In this document: piece by piece, positions 12,930-25,800 of the stretch
Position numbering within the stretch: position 1 is the first letter of the stretch
Layout: each line of letters starts with the position of its first letter
From: Dicyema japonicum
Lineage: Eukaryota; Animalia; Dicyemida
Length of the DNA: 64,000 nt
Assembly (NCBI GenBank): GCA_011109175.1
Contig: RDEW01000036.1
Coordinates: 189,583-253,582, forward strand
Direction of reading: 5' to 3'
The notes under the pieces: model-generated
Database searches by the model: none
The model's input: only the letters and a program-made list of their open reading frames with translations
What the model was told of the DNA's origin: nothing
Translations under genes and position numbers: made by a program

Positions 12930-13134
12930 TTAATTTTTAATTCTGTTTGATTATTTTATTGGTCACGTGTATTACTTTTATTTTTCAGATTCTCCCTAAA
13001 CAATCAGTCATCTCTCTTCTACCCACTAAATTCTCCCTCGTGAGCCTTAATCCCATGCTTATGTCGATGATCAAGGTTGTATGTTCTCACTGTTTTATCT
13101 TTGATAACTTATTCATAGGAGCAACACTCAAGTC

Positions 13135-13370
13135 CCCAACTGGGGGTTGGAATTCCTCATGGATGCGAGGCAGTAATACATTCAATCAGGAAATTTGCTA
13201 CCAGTTCGCCAGACACTACGAATGCTATTATAGTCAAACTGGGCATACACAATGCTTTCAATAGTATTCGCAGAGACAGAATCATAGAAGCTATCATCTC
13301 CAGGAACCCGGAAATCAGCAGGATGGTGAAACTTGCATACGGCTCCCCATGTACCCTGATTTTTATTCGG
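13135..13370 (+). mobile_element. CRE-clade retrotransposon RT fragment
   Basis: PQLGVGIPHGCEAVIHSIR..IVKLGIHNAFNSIRRDRII..VKLAYGSP in a frame without an ATG. Confidence 0.8.
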
Positions 13371-13699
13371 AAACAAAGTAAAATAAAAACAATGGAAATC
13401 GTATTTATTTAAAAGTTTGTAAACAAATACAAGTTTGGCAGCTTTTTCAATTTCCAGTCTATTTCGTACATTTGAATGTAAGAATCCAAAAGTCGAAAAA
13501 ATTCGTTCTATTCCACCTGTGGAAGCAACTTCAAGAATTTTTTGCAGAGTGAAATTACTTTAGAAGGTGGTAAGAGTTCGATTCCCACAAAGCTATAGGT
13601 GATACTTTGCTCAATAAATTCGGAGCGAACATGTATAGTTTGAATGAATCAGCTTTTGCTCTGAAATTAATCAGAGTCGGAAGAGCATATTCATAATGT

Positions 13700-14010
13700 T
13701 CAGCACAATGCAGAGGTGTCCACAGTGTCAATTAGATAGCTTTCTCCATCCCATGTTGCAACTGACACACAAATAACGGGTTCGTTATGAATGTTACTCC
13801 ACCCGTCCAACATCATAGACACTGTCTTGTCCTGGAGTCTTTGCCGACAGTCTTCATGCATTTTGTCGTACACATCGACGATCGAACAATGGACCACCAA
13901 TTTGATGATGAGAAGGTAAACGATACCCAGGAAGAAGCATTTGGACGAGTTTTACAAATTCCGGATGTTCTACAGCAGCAAAAGGTGTGTTACTGGAATA
14001 TATGTATCTA
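13700..14010 (-). mobile_element. hAT transposase remnant (DUF659-like)
   Basis: VSMMLDGWSNIHNEPVICV, with an upstream NTPFAAVEHPEF-like segment. Confidence 0.75.
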
Positions 14011-14187
14011 ACGAGTTACATATCAAATTTTTCTTCGATGACGTCGTCGTAGTAACGAAGTTGATTAAAGTCTTTCAAAAATAATAAGTTTATCGAAGTG
14101 AACCCACAAGGCATCACGCTTTCTTCCAGACATTAAAAAAATTTAAATGATTTTTTTGTTGATTAAAATCAAATGGTTTAATCTATC

Positions 14188-14255
14188 ATTTAATTAGTTG
14201 GTATACTCCTTTCTTGGTGTTCCCTTTTCGGGGTTATTAAATAATAATAATAACC
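14188..14255 (+). mobile_element. Very short 3'-end stub of a Jockey/I-like LINE
   Basis: TTAATTAGTTGGTATACTCCTTTCTTGGTGTTCCCCTTTTCGGGGTTATTAAATAATAAT matches the element end at 31427-31487. Confidence 0.7.
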
Positions 14256-14489
14256 CTGGTTGGAACAGAACCCGTATAAATGTGAAATTATAAACTTTGC
14301 TTGCGAGAGGAAGACTTTTGTCGTGCAGTGGCCGCTATATCTGCTTATTTCCGCGATGTTTCGGTTACTCAACTTGAAAATGCAATTTTTTCTTGGCTCT
14401 CCCCTATACTGTAATAATGTGTCAGTTCTCCTGGAGGAAAAAATACATCGATAGTCTTTCTCCCTCCAACCTCTCAACGACAACAACTG

Positions 14490-14790
14490 ACCCAGGCTCA
14501 GCTTCGGAGAAGGCTTAGACTTTAAAGATAAAAAAAATTCGCATGTCTCGGAGGATAATTCGTCTTTGAACCAGTGGCAGTCGAAACGACAGGAATAATT
14601 GGAAGCCGATCACTGACGCTGCTAAACAAGATCGGCTGGCTCATCGCGAATCAGAAAAACGATAAGAGAGAATGGAGCTGTTTTATTGAGCGCATTTCCT
14701 TGCAAATCGTAAGGGGAAATGCGTTTTCAATTATGAGAGCAGCCAGCAGTTGCTTACTGTTAGTTTTTGAGTTATAATAATTTATGGTGG
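14490..14790 (+). mobile_element. CRE-clade retrotransposon C-terminal (RLE) fragment
   Basis: AVETTGIIGSRSLTLLNKIG..RISLQIVRGNA. Confidence 0.8.
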
Positions 14791-15069
14791 AAACTGAGTG
14801 GAGGAAAAGGGTATATTTAAAATTGAAGAATTTAGTGGAGCAGTGAAATTATTAATTTTCTATTACCTACAAAGCCCTCAAGAATTGAAATCATTCAAGA
14901 AAATTATTTTTAAATGATTTGTCGACTGGAATGTGTCTTTTACTGTACATACTATGTATGTTTGAAACTCACTTATGGATTCTTTCGTCCCCATCATGCA
15001 TCGGAAACGTCTCCTTTGAGTTTTCAAAGGAAATTAATCGAGTAACAGAATTTTAGAGTTTATTGATTT

Positions 15070-15320
15070 TCATTCGTTCTGGTTCTGTAAAAGAAACGGA
15101 AAATTCGAATCTCCAAGGCGGTTTTTCAATAAAGTTTTGTGTTGGATTTGTCCAAGTGAATAGGACTCCTGAGAATCAGTAAGTTTATTTTTTGTGTGGG
15201 TGATTAAACATAACAGCTTTTTATAGGTTACTCCCAGAATTAATGTATTTGAACAGATCCAATGAGATATTGGATTCTTCCCTGTTCCTCGATCAGCCGT
15301 GAACAAAGTGCATTTAGACA
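15070..15320 (-). mobile_element. Jockey/I-like RT remnant
   Basis: SKCTLFTADR..ILGVTY resembles the same region of the other Jockey-like copies in the window. Confidence 0.55.
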
Positions 15321-16144
15321 TGGGGGAAAATATTTAAAAACGGTTGGATATCAACTACATGTGTACTCTTACCAGTTTCGTTTGGGGGTCGGTGGCTTAT
15401 CGCCGCAATAATTACGTCATATGCATTTGATAACTGAAGCTCATCGTCATCGGTCAATGGTAATCCTGGTTACTTCTGACTTATTTGGTGGCTTTCCTCC
15501 TCTTTTAAGAGAAGCAATCAGCAGTCAGAATAAAATTAGCATCTTTAATACATTACTTCAGTTTATCAGTTATTTTGATACGAGTGAGCATATTCATTAC
15601 TTTACACAGTCGAGCTGATTCTCACGTCCTGACATCTATATCATTGACTCTCATGATTTCTGTACTATTCGGCATTGAATTAATGGGTTCATTCTAACAA
15701 GAGATTGGCCTTTTCTGTTAACTATTCGTCACCTGAGTCTATTTCTTTCAAAAGTCCCGAAAGTTAGTTTGCTCAATAATTTCCAAGGTAATTTTATGTT
15801 CTCATATTTCAATACAAATACAAAAAAAACATTGTATATCAAATTTAGGAGTTTTTTTTAAAGAAAAATTGTTTTTAAAAGTTCTTTTTAATTTAATGAG
15901 TTTTGAGATGTTCTTTTATGCAAAATATACATCCAAAATTATTGATTGGGAAAGTGACGCTATTAGTAGGGAAACCCTATAAAATAGATTTGCGTCATTG
16001 TACTTTTTACTAAATGCACTTGAAAGTGAGTTTTAAAAATTCATTAAAATAATTAGTTTTTAATAAATTAATTGTTAACAATTTGAGTAAAATTCTCAAA
16101 TTGGTTGTTTATTGCATTGTCGGTTGATTTATGACTGTAGTGAC

Positions 16145-16946
16145 TCATAATAGATCTTTTGGGGGGTCGACCCTTCTCGAGTTTCTCCAGTTATAGTATT
16201 CCTGTCTACTTTTCATTGCCGTTTTTATAAGACTTGTGACATAAGCTCGTTCTGAAAACCTTATTATATATGTAAACCATAACTGCCTGCATGTAGCAAC
16301 CAATTTTGTATCGAATTTATATTATTACACTGTAAAATTTGTCCAAGCATATTGAGGACCTATTTCAGTACTCTAAGCAAACCCAGTTCTCTGTATCCTC
16401 AGAGGGACAATTCTGTATTGGGGACGAATTTATCGAATTTCTAGACTTTGTGTTTCTTTTTTGAGTTTCATTTAGTCTTCCAGATTGAGCGGAATAAACT
16501 GACTTTGTTCTAGATATTGGTCTTTCTTGCTCCATACTATTGAATCTTTGATCTCTTCCATAGTTTTCAAGAACATTGTCTATCAAATTTAGGAGTTCTA
16601 TCCTCCAAAGGTCTCCCACTTTTATATTTTAAAGTAAAAATACGAGGGAGTTCTTGTGTGACTTCAACATTTGGTTCTATGCTCTGTGGGATATTGTCTA
16701 TAGAATTTGACGGAACAAGGTTCCAGTTGTTATTTTTCATAAATGTGGTCGTATTTGGATAGCTACAAAAGTAATCATCCACGTGGCATATTGGGGCATT
16801 GTTGATTCCTGAATTATAGAAAAACTACCTGAAATATGACGAAGAAATTTCGGATGGGGCAAATGTCTTGTGAAAAATGAGCTACTACTAAGATCCCCAA
16901 ATCTAAGTCGGTTAGTCCTGTCAGTGATGGAATTAAATCTGAACAT
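16145..16946 (-). CDS. TBATA/C4orf17 (SPATIAL-domain)-like protein, 5 exons
   Basis: The spliced product has SSFFTRHLPHPKFLRHISGINNAPICHVDD and VLNMLGQILQCNNINSIQNWLLHAGSYERAYVTSLIKTAM. GT-AG introns at 16809-16828 (20 nt), 16619-16643, 16360-16382 and 16252-16277 all keep frame. Confidence 0.75.
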
Positions 16947-17964
16947 TACTTGAATTCGGTTTAATTTAATATTTAAACTTAACTTTATTGACGTTATTTT
17001 TTCGTAAATCGATTTTTCTTAGCAATGGGTGAACTAATCCTACATGTTATTTTTTTCATATTCAATGTGTCCTTTAACAGGGCTGGCTGATTGTGCGTTC
17101 AATCAGTACATCTTTACTTTTCAAAGTCTAATGTTATAAAAACTGAAATATAAACAGAAGAGTAATCAGGGACATTGTGTTCATCTAGAGGTCTTAACTA
17201 ATGCTTGCAAATGAGACTGACGGAGTTAAGATTTCATAATTATTAGTAGTATTTAGAGAATACATAGAAGGAAAGTTTGCAAGGGGATCTTTAGAATATT
17301 TTGAAAAGCTGATATTTATTTTAATAATCACGAATAGATTGGAAGAGGTTTAGTGTCTTAAAGTCTAATTAAGGTATATCCAGTTCTCATGGTAGGAGTT
17401 AAACTCATCCTTTACAAGCGTCACGTTCATCCATATCCGTTATTGTGAGAACTTTAGGCATACGGCGTGTTGAGGCCTCATAGGATTTAATGAGGCAGAG
17501 AGCAGAATCATGAGACCAGATAGGAAGCCACAACCAATCGTAATGCAAGCGACAGCAATACCCAATTTGTTAATAAAGTAAATACAGGTAATTAAGTTAA
17601 GGGAAGTAATACGAAACGGTAGGGCTTGCCAACCAATTTCTACTCAGAAAGTCTCTCCAAAAATCGGCAAACGCAGAGTAAAATTTGAAGATAAATCCCA
17701 GATACTTTATTGCGTTTTTTGAAACCTCGTATGAGATTTTCGATAGTTCCGTCAACCTTGCACATTTTTCCATCCACCCACAAAGGAATCGACATACGAG
17801 ATTTATCCAGCAGGCAAGCTTTAAAGCAAAATTCCGCATTTTCTCAAATTTCTTGAGAATAGAACACCTCCTTTTTGAGTCGTATTAACAATATGCCAGA
17901 TCCAACATAAACCTTCGCTGATATGAACAGTAATAATAATATTCGCACTTTCCGAGGAGACATA

Positions 17965-18150
17965 TCAGTTATAGCTCCCTTCAGGCAGAACACACACTTT
18001 ATTTTAAGCAAATAACAGTTATAATAGCTAATCGAGAAAGGATCAAGAAATTCTCTTCACTTTTTTGTTTTCTTTTTCTCGGGTGTATGTCCTTTAAGAC
18101 GACCCGGTTTCGCAATTAAGTTCACTGATGACTACGTCACTCGTCAAGCC
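17965..18150 (-). mobile_element. Truncated, diverged copy of the tRNA-derived SINE
   Basis: Shares TATAGCTCC..CAGGCAG.ACACAC(A)CTTTATT and CACTGATGAC..CGTCACTCGTCAA with 20094-20409. Confidence 0.8.
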
Positions 18151-18347
18151 AAAGCATTTATTTATTAACCTCGGGATCACCGAGAAAGAAAGACAAAAGT
18201 ATTGTCAGCTAGATAGGTGATCCCAGTTCCCGCAACCAAAGCATGAATAGTAGGAAGAATAATTTGATGAGATGATGAATTATTTCTAAAATTAAATATT
18301 ATTAATTGATAATAATAAAAATAAAAAAACGTTAATTCTTGTTGGGC

Positions 18348-19189
18348 ATGACAGCACGCTTACTGAACTCAATTGGTTCTTTGGGATTTGGACTAGCCGC
18401 CATGGCTGCAGTCGGTAATTACGCCCTGTATAACGTGGATGGTGGACAAAGAGCTGTAATCTTCGACCGTTTCAAGGGTGTAAAGGATTCAGTGGTTGGA
18501 GAAGGAACCCACTTTCTTATTCCATGGGTTCAACGACCCATTATTTTTGACTGCAGATCACGTCCAAGGAACATTCCAATAGTCACTGGTTCCAAGGATC
18601 TGCAAAATGTGACAATAACTCTGAGAATTCTGTACCGTCCAGTAATGAAAGAATTACCAAATATATTCCGTAATATTGGAGTGGACTATGATGACAGAGT
18701 GTTACCATCAATAGTCAATGAAGTTCTCAAATCAGTTGTAGCACAATACGACGCCGCTGAACTTATTACTGAGAGAGAAGTCTTTTCTCAGAGATTAAGT
18801 GAGGATCTCAAGGACAGAGCTGAAGTTTTTGGAATTGTTTTGGATGATATTTCTCTGGTTTTTTTAATTTTAATATTTAGACTCATCTTACTTTTGGAAA
18901 GGAGTTCACACAAGCAGTAGAAATGAAACAGGTAGCTCAACAGGAGGCTGAAAAAGCTAGATTTTTGGTTGAGAAGGCTGAACATATGAAGGCAGCAGCT
19001 GTCACTGTCGCCGAGGGGGACGCGGAGGCTGCTGATTTACTAGTAAAAGCATTTAATGAGGCTGGAGAAGGCTTTATTGAGTTAAGAAGACTGGAGGCAG
19101 CTGAAGAAATTGCCGATAGATTGTCTAATTGTCCAAATGTGTCCTACCTTCCTCATGGTGTTAATGCTGCTTTACTTATGCCTAAGTAA
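18348..19189 (+). CDS. PHB1: Prohibitin 1
   Basis: [55 protein letters not shown]. One 23-nt intron (18858-18880). Confidence 0.97.
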
Positions 19190-20093
19190 CACTTTCCTTG
19201 GTTAATATTTTTGGTTTACTACATTATTTATTCCCCTTTCCCCTCAGGGAAACCAGTGACTAACATTATAGTAACTAACAAAAGCATATCTGAGAAGTAA
19301 CCCAATGTATGCTACCTTTTGATTTATTATTTGCAGACACAGTGATAGTAACAATGTCGCACAATTCCATCCATAATCAACTGAAAGGGAAGAAAGTGGG
19401 GGAAAGCAAATGATCATTTTTCGTGTTATTTGAAAAAGATGGATCATGTGACGCTAGTAGGACAATGATGAGAAGGGACAGAGGAAAAGATGACAAATTT
19501 CCGACCAATTAGACAATGGAAGAATCGAGGATCAATAATGACGTTTAACCATTAAGCTACATGAAATTACCGTTTAATAATAACAACACCAAACACCACG
19601 TTACACAAAATAACTAATCACGTGATCCCAGCACGCTTTACCAGGGACATTATCTTGCCCCAATGCTCCTCCCTAGACCCCACACAAGTACATATCTGCC
19701 AAGTGATTGGATCTTTGCAGTCACGATGGAGCGTTCTATGGTTTGTTCGTATCATGGCTTCAAAAGCATTGGTGGCTGGAAATCTCCAGAAATTCAGCGT
19801 TCCGTGATTTTGAAGGCTCTTTTTCGGCTCCATCTTCAAGACATATGTACAAGAGATGAATGGGCCCCAGATACCACATTAATTTATTTCATTATTATTT
19901 AGAACCAAGAATCACCGACAAAACAAAAGAGAGTAGTGGCTGTCAGGTAATCCCGGCCTCCTTAAGCAGCCGCCTCATCTTTTTTTGTTGTTCCTCCGGT
20001 GTGCACGAGTGACTTTTTTAGGTTCTAGGTGAGCTCCCGTATTCTCACGAGTTCCGAACGGGGTTGGTTTTAATATCGAGGAGGAAGATCTTT

Positions 20094-20409
20094 TTTTAAA
20101 GCCTTTTCACGAGAGCCATAATATTTATAGCTCCGCATAGGCAGGACACACACTTTATTTAAGTAAAGAACATTTAATTTTAACTAATCGTAGAACCAAG
20201 GAATGATCTTCACTTCTTTTTTTCTTTTTCTTGTGTGTGGGTCCTTTCTAGACAATCAAGTTCCGCAGTGAGTATCCACTGATGACGGCGTCACTCGTCA
20301 AACCCTTTTGGCATCGTAGATGCGTGGAACCTTCCACCAGGTGAACAGCAGCGAGAATCGAACCCGTAACCTAAGTCACTTTAGCCCGACACCTAACCAC
20401 TATGCCACT
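20094..20409 (-). mobile_element. Full-length tRNA-derived SINE with a 12-bp TSD
   Basis: Minus strand: A-box TGGCATAGTGG, B-box GGTTCGATTC, unique body, 3' end TATGGCTCTCGTGAAAAGGCTTT plus A-tail. TSD AGGAAGATCTTT at 20082-20093 and 20410-20421. Confidence 0.9.
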
Positions 20410-20513
20410 AGGAAGATCTTTGTAGGGTCATTTACCATCTGGATGTAAGAGAACGGTAAGAAATTATAACTAATATGTTTAAATATATTAATTTATTTAA
20501 AATTAAATTAATA

Positions 20514-21950
20514 ATGGAGACATCACAAGTAAATTATGAATGTTCGTGCAAAAAGAAAAGACCAATTTACGAATTATACTTTTGCAGAAACTGTTTGGAT
20601 TTGAAATGTTTTACATGTACTTCCCACGAGGTCATTAATATCAATATTTAGAGATTCAGTCTCAATACTGTCCTCAGTGTTCCTTTGTGATAGGAGTTGA
20701 TGGATTCCATAAACCCAAAACAAGGTGTTGAAAATATAATTTATAGTAAATGTCCCAATTGTCTCGAATGTCCTATTTGTCGAAAGATTTTGATCATCCA
20801 TGCTACAGAACGTCGATTGGATGGCTCAAAGATCACTGAAACCCACCCTAATGCTAAACTCTGCTATCTACAGTGTTCTGTCTGTGGGTGGAACTCAAGG
20901 AACTCTAATGTGTTGGAAGATCAGATTCTCCGTACGAATGGTCTATTCATTGTTTATTTTATAGTGGAATCAGGATGGCACGAAAGAAGTGATCCCCAAG
21001 AGGAGGGGGTAGTCAATATTATTTATTTTAGATAAAAAATCTTGTTGAATATTACAAAAATGTTTTTGAATCGACACGTGAGACAAAAAATGAAGCTTTT
21101 GAGATTTCCTGCAGATTTTACTCTATAAAGCTCTCCACAAAGGCGGAATACAAAAAGCATTCACTTCCAGTATTACAAGTACCAAACCCACATGAAAAAG
21201 TAACGGAAGACCTCAGTGATCTTTACAACACTCGACTCGATTACTCCTCATTACTAACTGTTCAACAGAGGATTAGGAATCCTCGTTTACAAACTACGAG
21301 TGGTAGGGATTCCTACCCAATCAGGAAACAGCTCATCTCTAGAACTGTGCTTAGATGTGCTGTATGTTTTAGTCAAATATTCTAGAAATGCAAAAAGAAT
21401 TTGTTGAAGCAAGAATTCCAACCCCAAACATGTAGATTTACCTCTTATTTGACTGCTGTGTAGTTATTATGTTGTATTTAGTAATTTTGTGCCCCTGATC
21501 AAATTCGTGGGAACGAGATGGAGTTCTGATGGATCAGTTCTCGAGTGTATGTAACATTTAGTTGGATTTTATGATCTCCGTTGAGAATTTATGTTTGTAC
21601 GATAAAGTTGTCTCATTCCTGCCTACTTTTGATTCTAAGCATTATTTGGTATTCTGTTTTTTAACTTAGCGAATAAATTCAAAAATAAAGCTTGAGAGGT
21701 ATGATGAAGCCAATTTGTGTTACATTGACTCTTCTTCTTTCAATGCGGCCTCAGTAGAGTGTCCTCTTTTGTTGGAGTCTAAAAATAAGGCCATAATGTT
21801 GGAAACGTAAATTATGGTGAAAATAATGAACTGAGCATGTCAGTAACATGTAACTATGAATGTCCCTCCATCCATGGTGGACAAACAACTGTCAAATGGA
21901 TTACCTGTGTAGTATTTATTGATGGAAATGATTGTAATATTCAGTTTTAG
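20514..21950 (+). CDS. DCTN4: Dynactin subunit 4 (p62), about 10 exons; 3' exons less certain
   Basis: ELYFCRNCLDLKCFTCTSHE|IQSQYCPQC, KCPNCLECPIC, CYLQCSVCGWNS and LRCA|KCKKNLLKQEF motifs, joined by 21-33 nt GT-AG introns (e.g. 20631-20653, 20725-20746, 21009-21031). Confidence 0.88.
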
Positions 21951-22675
21951 TTTATTCTTAATTATTTTACAATGTGTTAGCAACATCTGTAATATTCGAT
22001 ATTCCATCACTGATTTTGGGATTGCGGTTGTCCGCGGAAACGCTTACTCCGTAATGTCAGCAGCCGCAATTTCTTAATACTACCCAAACTACATTTTTCT
22101 CCTTAATAAATTGTTTTCTAATTAACAATATTCGGAAATTACCTTCCTTTGAGAACAATTTATTTTATAATTCCCCCCCCCCCGATATACAGGATTGTGT
22201 GGCCATGGATGAAGATTTGTTGCTTTCTTTTGTTCTTGCTCTTTCCTTGGTACGAAAAAAGATCATTTTCTCTTCCCCACAACTGGAAACACTTGACGTT
22301 TGTTTAGGATAAACTTGTTACATTTGAAAAAAAACTCTCTGGTTTTGCGCCCATGAGGGATACATTTAATTAGTTGTTTACTAAACTTCCTTCTCAGTAT
22401 ATTTGGGGTTAATAAATTATCTGAAAGAGATTAAGAATTATTAACCTACCGTCCGAATAAAACCATCCTGTCCAGGCATCACGTTTATCCGCGATTTTGG
22501 ATGCATTGTACGTCTGCTAAGACTGGTGGACCAACTAACGCCTTTCAGGATTAGATAACACAGCCATCGACCGGATAGTAGGAGTGTGATGATCAAACAA
22601 AGGACTGAACGACAGCCCTACCACTGGTTAATGATTAAAATAAATTAAAGAGAGAATTTCGAAATAACAATTATG

Positions 22676-23759
22676 TCATTTGTTATAAAGCCATTTGAAG
22701 GATATTCTCGATAATAATCCACCATTCTCTTTATGCCTCTTTGGATTATTTTCATTTGTTCCCGTCTTCTCAGTAATCGAATTTGACTTTTTTGATAAAA
22801 TATTTTCACGAATTCTACGAAATTCATTTACATCTGTCTTTAAGGGTACAAAGTTTTTGACTGAGTTATTTTGGCGAATCTCCTGGTATTCCCCCATTGT
22901 AGCAGAAAATCCAGGAATTTTGACGTCAACATGACAGTTAATATGTCCGTTTGCTCTTTTTTCTGATTTATCCAAAATGTCTTTCAATTCTTCAAATGAG
23001 TATCCTTCTATTTTTTGTCTATGGATGGGACCTTTAACCAAATCATCGCAAAAGCTGGCCAAATCCCTGACACAATAATACAAACCTTCCGCAGATCTGG
23101 AACAAACCAAGATACCCACACCTGCTACAAACAAAATCTACAAATGTTAATATATTACTACAGGAGAGGAATATGAGACAAGATCAATCAAATCATCCAG
23201 GTCTATTCCTCCACCAATGGTCTTTTTGGCGTAGCTAATATTTCCCAATTCTGGAAGTAACCGTGAAAGCTCAGAAATTACGCATTCTTTCAAGGAAGTC
23301 TAGGATATTTACAAGAGACCAACCGAGACAAACAGTGGACAGCATAAAAATGCAACAAATGAAAATTCTGGTAATTTAAATAAAATTGAGGATGTGAGTT
23401 TGTGGAAGAGTGCATTGTACCCGTAAAGATTTCTGGAATCGTGGATTTCCTGATTTGTATTTACTTTCAAGAGCATTGATGACTGCAAAATACTCCAGAG
23501 GACGCCAAATGGAGTTGTCAAAGTTCCAGCTTCATCAAGTCGATACTGAACATTCAAATTCGAGAGAATACAGTTAGAGTGTCTGAAATATTGTCAGAAA
23601 GGCCAGAGATGGCAAGAATTCTGCATAAGTAGGTCATATTCCTCATTTCTTTAGCATTTTCCTCTTTGTGATTAATATTATCGACAGGAGTCACTTACAA
23701 TATTTAAATTAAGGTTTACTTGGTGTTTTTATCAACGTTTTTTGGGGGGTTTTCCTCAT
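22676..23759 (-). CDS. Divergent adducin-like protein (class II aldolase/adducin head domain), 5 exons
   Basis: TPFGVLWSILQSSMLLKVN..YGYNALFHKLTSSILFKLPE..ELGNISY..ILFVAGVGIL..AEGLYY resembles the adducin head. Four 24-26 nt GT-AG introns keep frame. Confidence 0.65.
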
Positions 23760-24039
23760 TTCATTCACTTAAGTAAAACACGTGGTTACTTTGGACAACA
23801 TTCTCTAATTCGTCCATAAAACCAGGACATTTTCTTATGTAATTAACCCGACCCAGTTTTGACAGATATCTATAGTCACACTGGATTGATATGGGCCTAA
23901 ATGTTGAAGTCTCGTGTCTGGGAGAGGTCATAATTATCAGATTGTGCTGTAAAAGTCGCCTACAATAATTAACATCGCTATACAGATATCAATCGATAAT
24001 CAATGTGCGCTAACTAGGAATTTATTGATGGTCGATACG

Positions 24040-24290
24040 TCACTGATATAATGACCGAATATGACATTTCATCCCTTTTGGGTTCACTTTAGTAATATTA
24101 TTAACCAGAAAACATCCGCCATAGCCAGAATGAAAATATTCAGGAGATCCCTTTATAGTATTCGTATGCTCGCATTTGATGTCCAGGGGGAACTCCGCTG
24201 GAGGGTTGTTGACTAATGGTTCTTTATGGATATAATTTAGGATTATATCTGGCGCCACCAGAGATGGTGAACCACATGACACGCGCTAAC
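24040..24290 (-). pseudogene. Sushi/CCP-like domain fragment
   Basis: VSCGSP..IKCE..G..GC....KC four-Cys spacing, with upstream in-frame stops. Related motifs occur at 46165-46360. Confidence 0.3.
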
Positions 24291-24949
24291 AATTCAAGCT
24301 CCCTCATGCCGAAAGGGAATTGGTGGAACAGAAGAAACAATAAATTTTCAATTCAAGTGGCCACAGCACCACATCAACGTTGACGCCTCGTGACACACTT
24401 TATTAATATTCCTTTCGATTACTGGCATTCGATTTAAATAGAAAATTTGTGATTATTTTATACTGGTATACGGTTTCTTATTTGAAGTTATTTCCGGATC
24501 ACAGATACAATGAAAATAAAATTATCAGTGTGGGTATTCTTGCAAGGTGAGGGAAATCCGTTCGAATAGTCGACAGGTCCCTGGGGCTGAGATTTGGTTT
24601 CCGAGTTTAAAAATAGTTATCAAATTTATTTTTTAATAAATTGATAATTACTATTATGAACCACAAGGTCTGTTGCCTGGTGATTAAAATTCTTGTGGTA
24701 TGGGGGCAGAAAACACAGGTTTAAAACCCCCTCCATCCTCGAATTACCCTTCATTCGCACATTAAGGGAACCTGATATCTTAAGGATATATTTAATATTG
24801 TTTGTGAACATTATTGACCAAGTATTAACGTAAAAATGTTGTGTTGGTAAAAGTAGAACTATTGTAGAGTACTACTGAGCATATACAGCTACTGCAGAAT
24901 AAACACGAAATGTGGTTACGAATAATGATTATATAATCTTGTGGTTGTG

Positions 24950-25800
24950 TTAACTGGTCAGGACATTGGAGGATGCACTGGCAAACAGTCTAATCAAGGA
25001 AGCTCGTGTGATCTGCAAAGGTTCAGGAATTTTCGTTGAATTTAGGTCTGTAGAGGAACTGATTTGTGGTCGGCAACCACAGAGCGGTAAACGTCATATT
25101 GAGACCCCCTGAAGTTATTATAAAGAACATACAATTCTGGGTCGAAGTTTGTGGTTGAAACAAGGACCTATTAATGGGAGAGGAAATAGTTGGTGGGAAT
25201 ATATCTCCATGAGGATTTATATGGGAAGAGGGTATTTTCAAAGAAAATTTTGTGCCTCCAATAGTTACTAAATTGATTTGTGAGAGAAACCGATTACGAA
25301 CGGAGTACAGACGTTGTAGTAAAATATTTCTAAATAGAAATGGATAGAGGAGGCCTCAAAAGTCGTTTTCAGAAATCCATCATTCTGGAGGTGATATAAA
25401 AAACTTTATGTTTTGGACAGGTGTGGAAAAAGTATTTATAGAGAAGCCGTATTGTATTTTCTACACAATGGAGGAGACTTTTTTTTATTTTCAAAGATCA
25501 CCTGGAAAATATACAGGGTGTTTATTCGATAAACCTAATTCCTGTAACATGAAATAAGATTCGATGGATTTAAGTAAATATTGAGGTGATTTAAGAATTG
25601 GTTATATGGGGAGTTAAATCTACGATCAGAAACTGTTTAATGCAAGCCTCAGGTTTCCATTTATTCCAACCTTATAGAAGATGTCTATCGTGAGGATAGT
25701 CCGAAAGCATGGTAATCGAAGAGGGACACTCTGAACTATAGACCAGTCAGTCTTGTATTTTCTATTTATAAGATAATCGATAGGATTATACCTTCAGACA
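24950..25800 (+). mobile_element. Highly degenerate CR1/L2-like LINE
   Basis: LFNASL..IP..KMSIVRIV..NYRPVSLVFSIYKIIDRII RT segment. Confidence 0.6.

Noticed and set aside
13182-13376. CKFHHP suggesting a CCCH zinc finger (minus-strand ORF)
   Set aside because: It is the antisense of a clear CRE RT fragment on the plus strand, and the upstream cysteines are missing.
17810-17860. In-frame TGA as evidence for a variant genetic code or selenocysteine
   Set aside because: TGA is a normal stop in TYMS, the TBATA-like gene and the AK-like gene, and no SECIS is evident.
19244-19902. Overlapping 60-80 aa ORFs downstream of PHB1 (weak PIG-C-like DYG motif)
   Set aside because: No consistent spliced model or family motif.
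20278-20305. CTGATGA hammerhead core in the SINE copies
   Set aside because: No GAAA after a stem II and no stem I/III pairing.
20340-20409. tRNA genes at the A-box/B-box sites (also 37105, 38030, 45895)
   Set aside because: No acceptor stem or full cloverleaf; these are SINE heads continuing into a shared body with TSDs.
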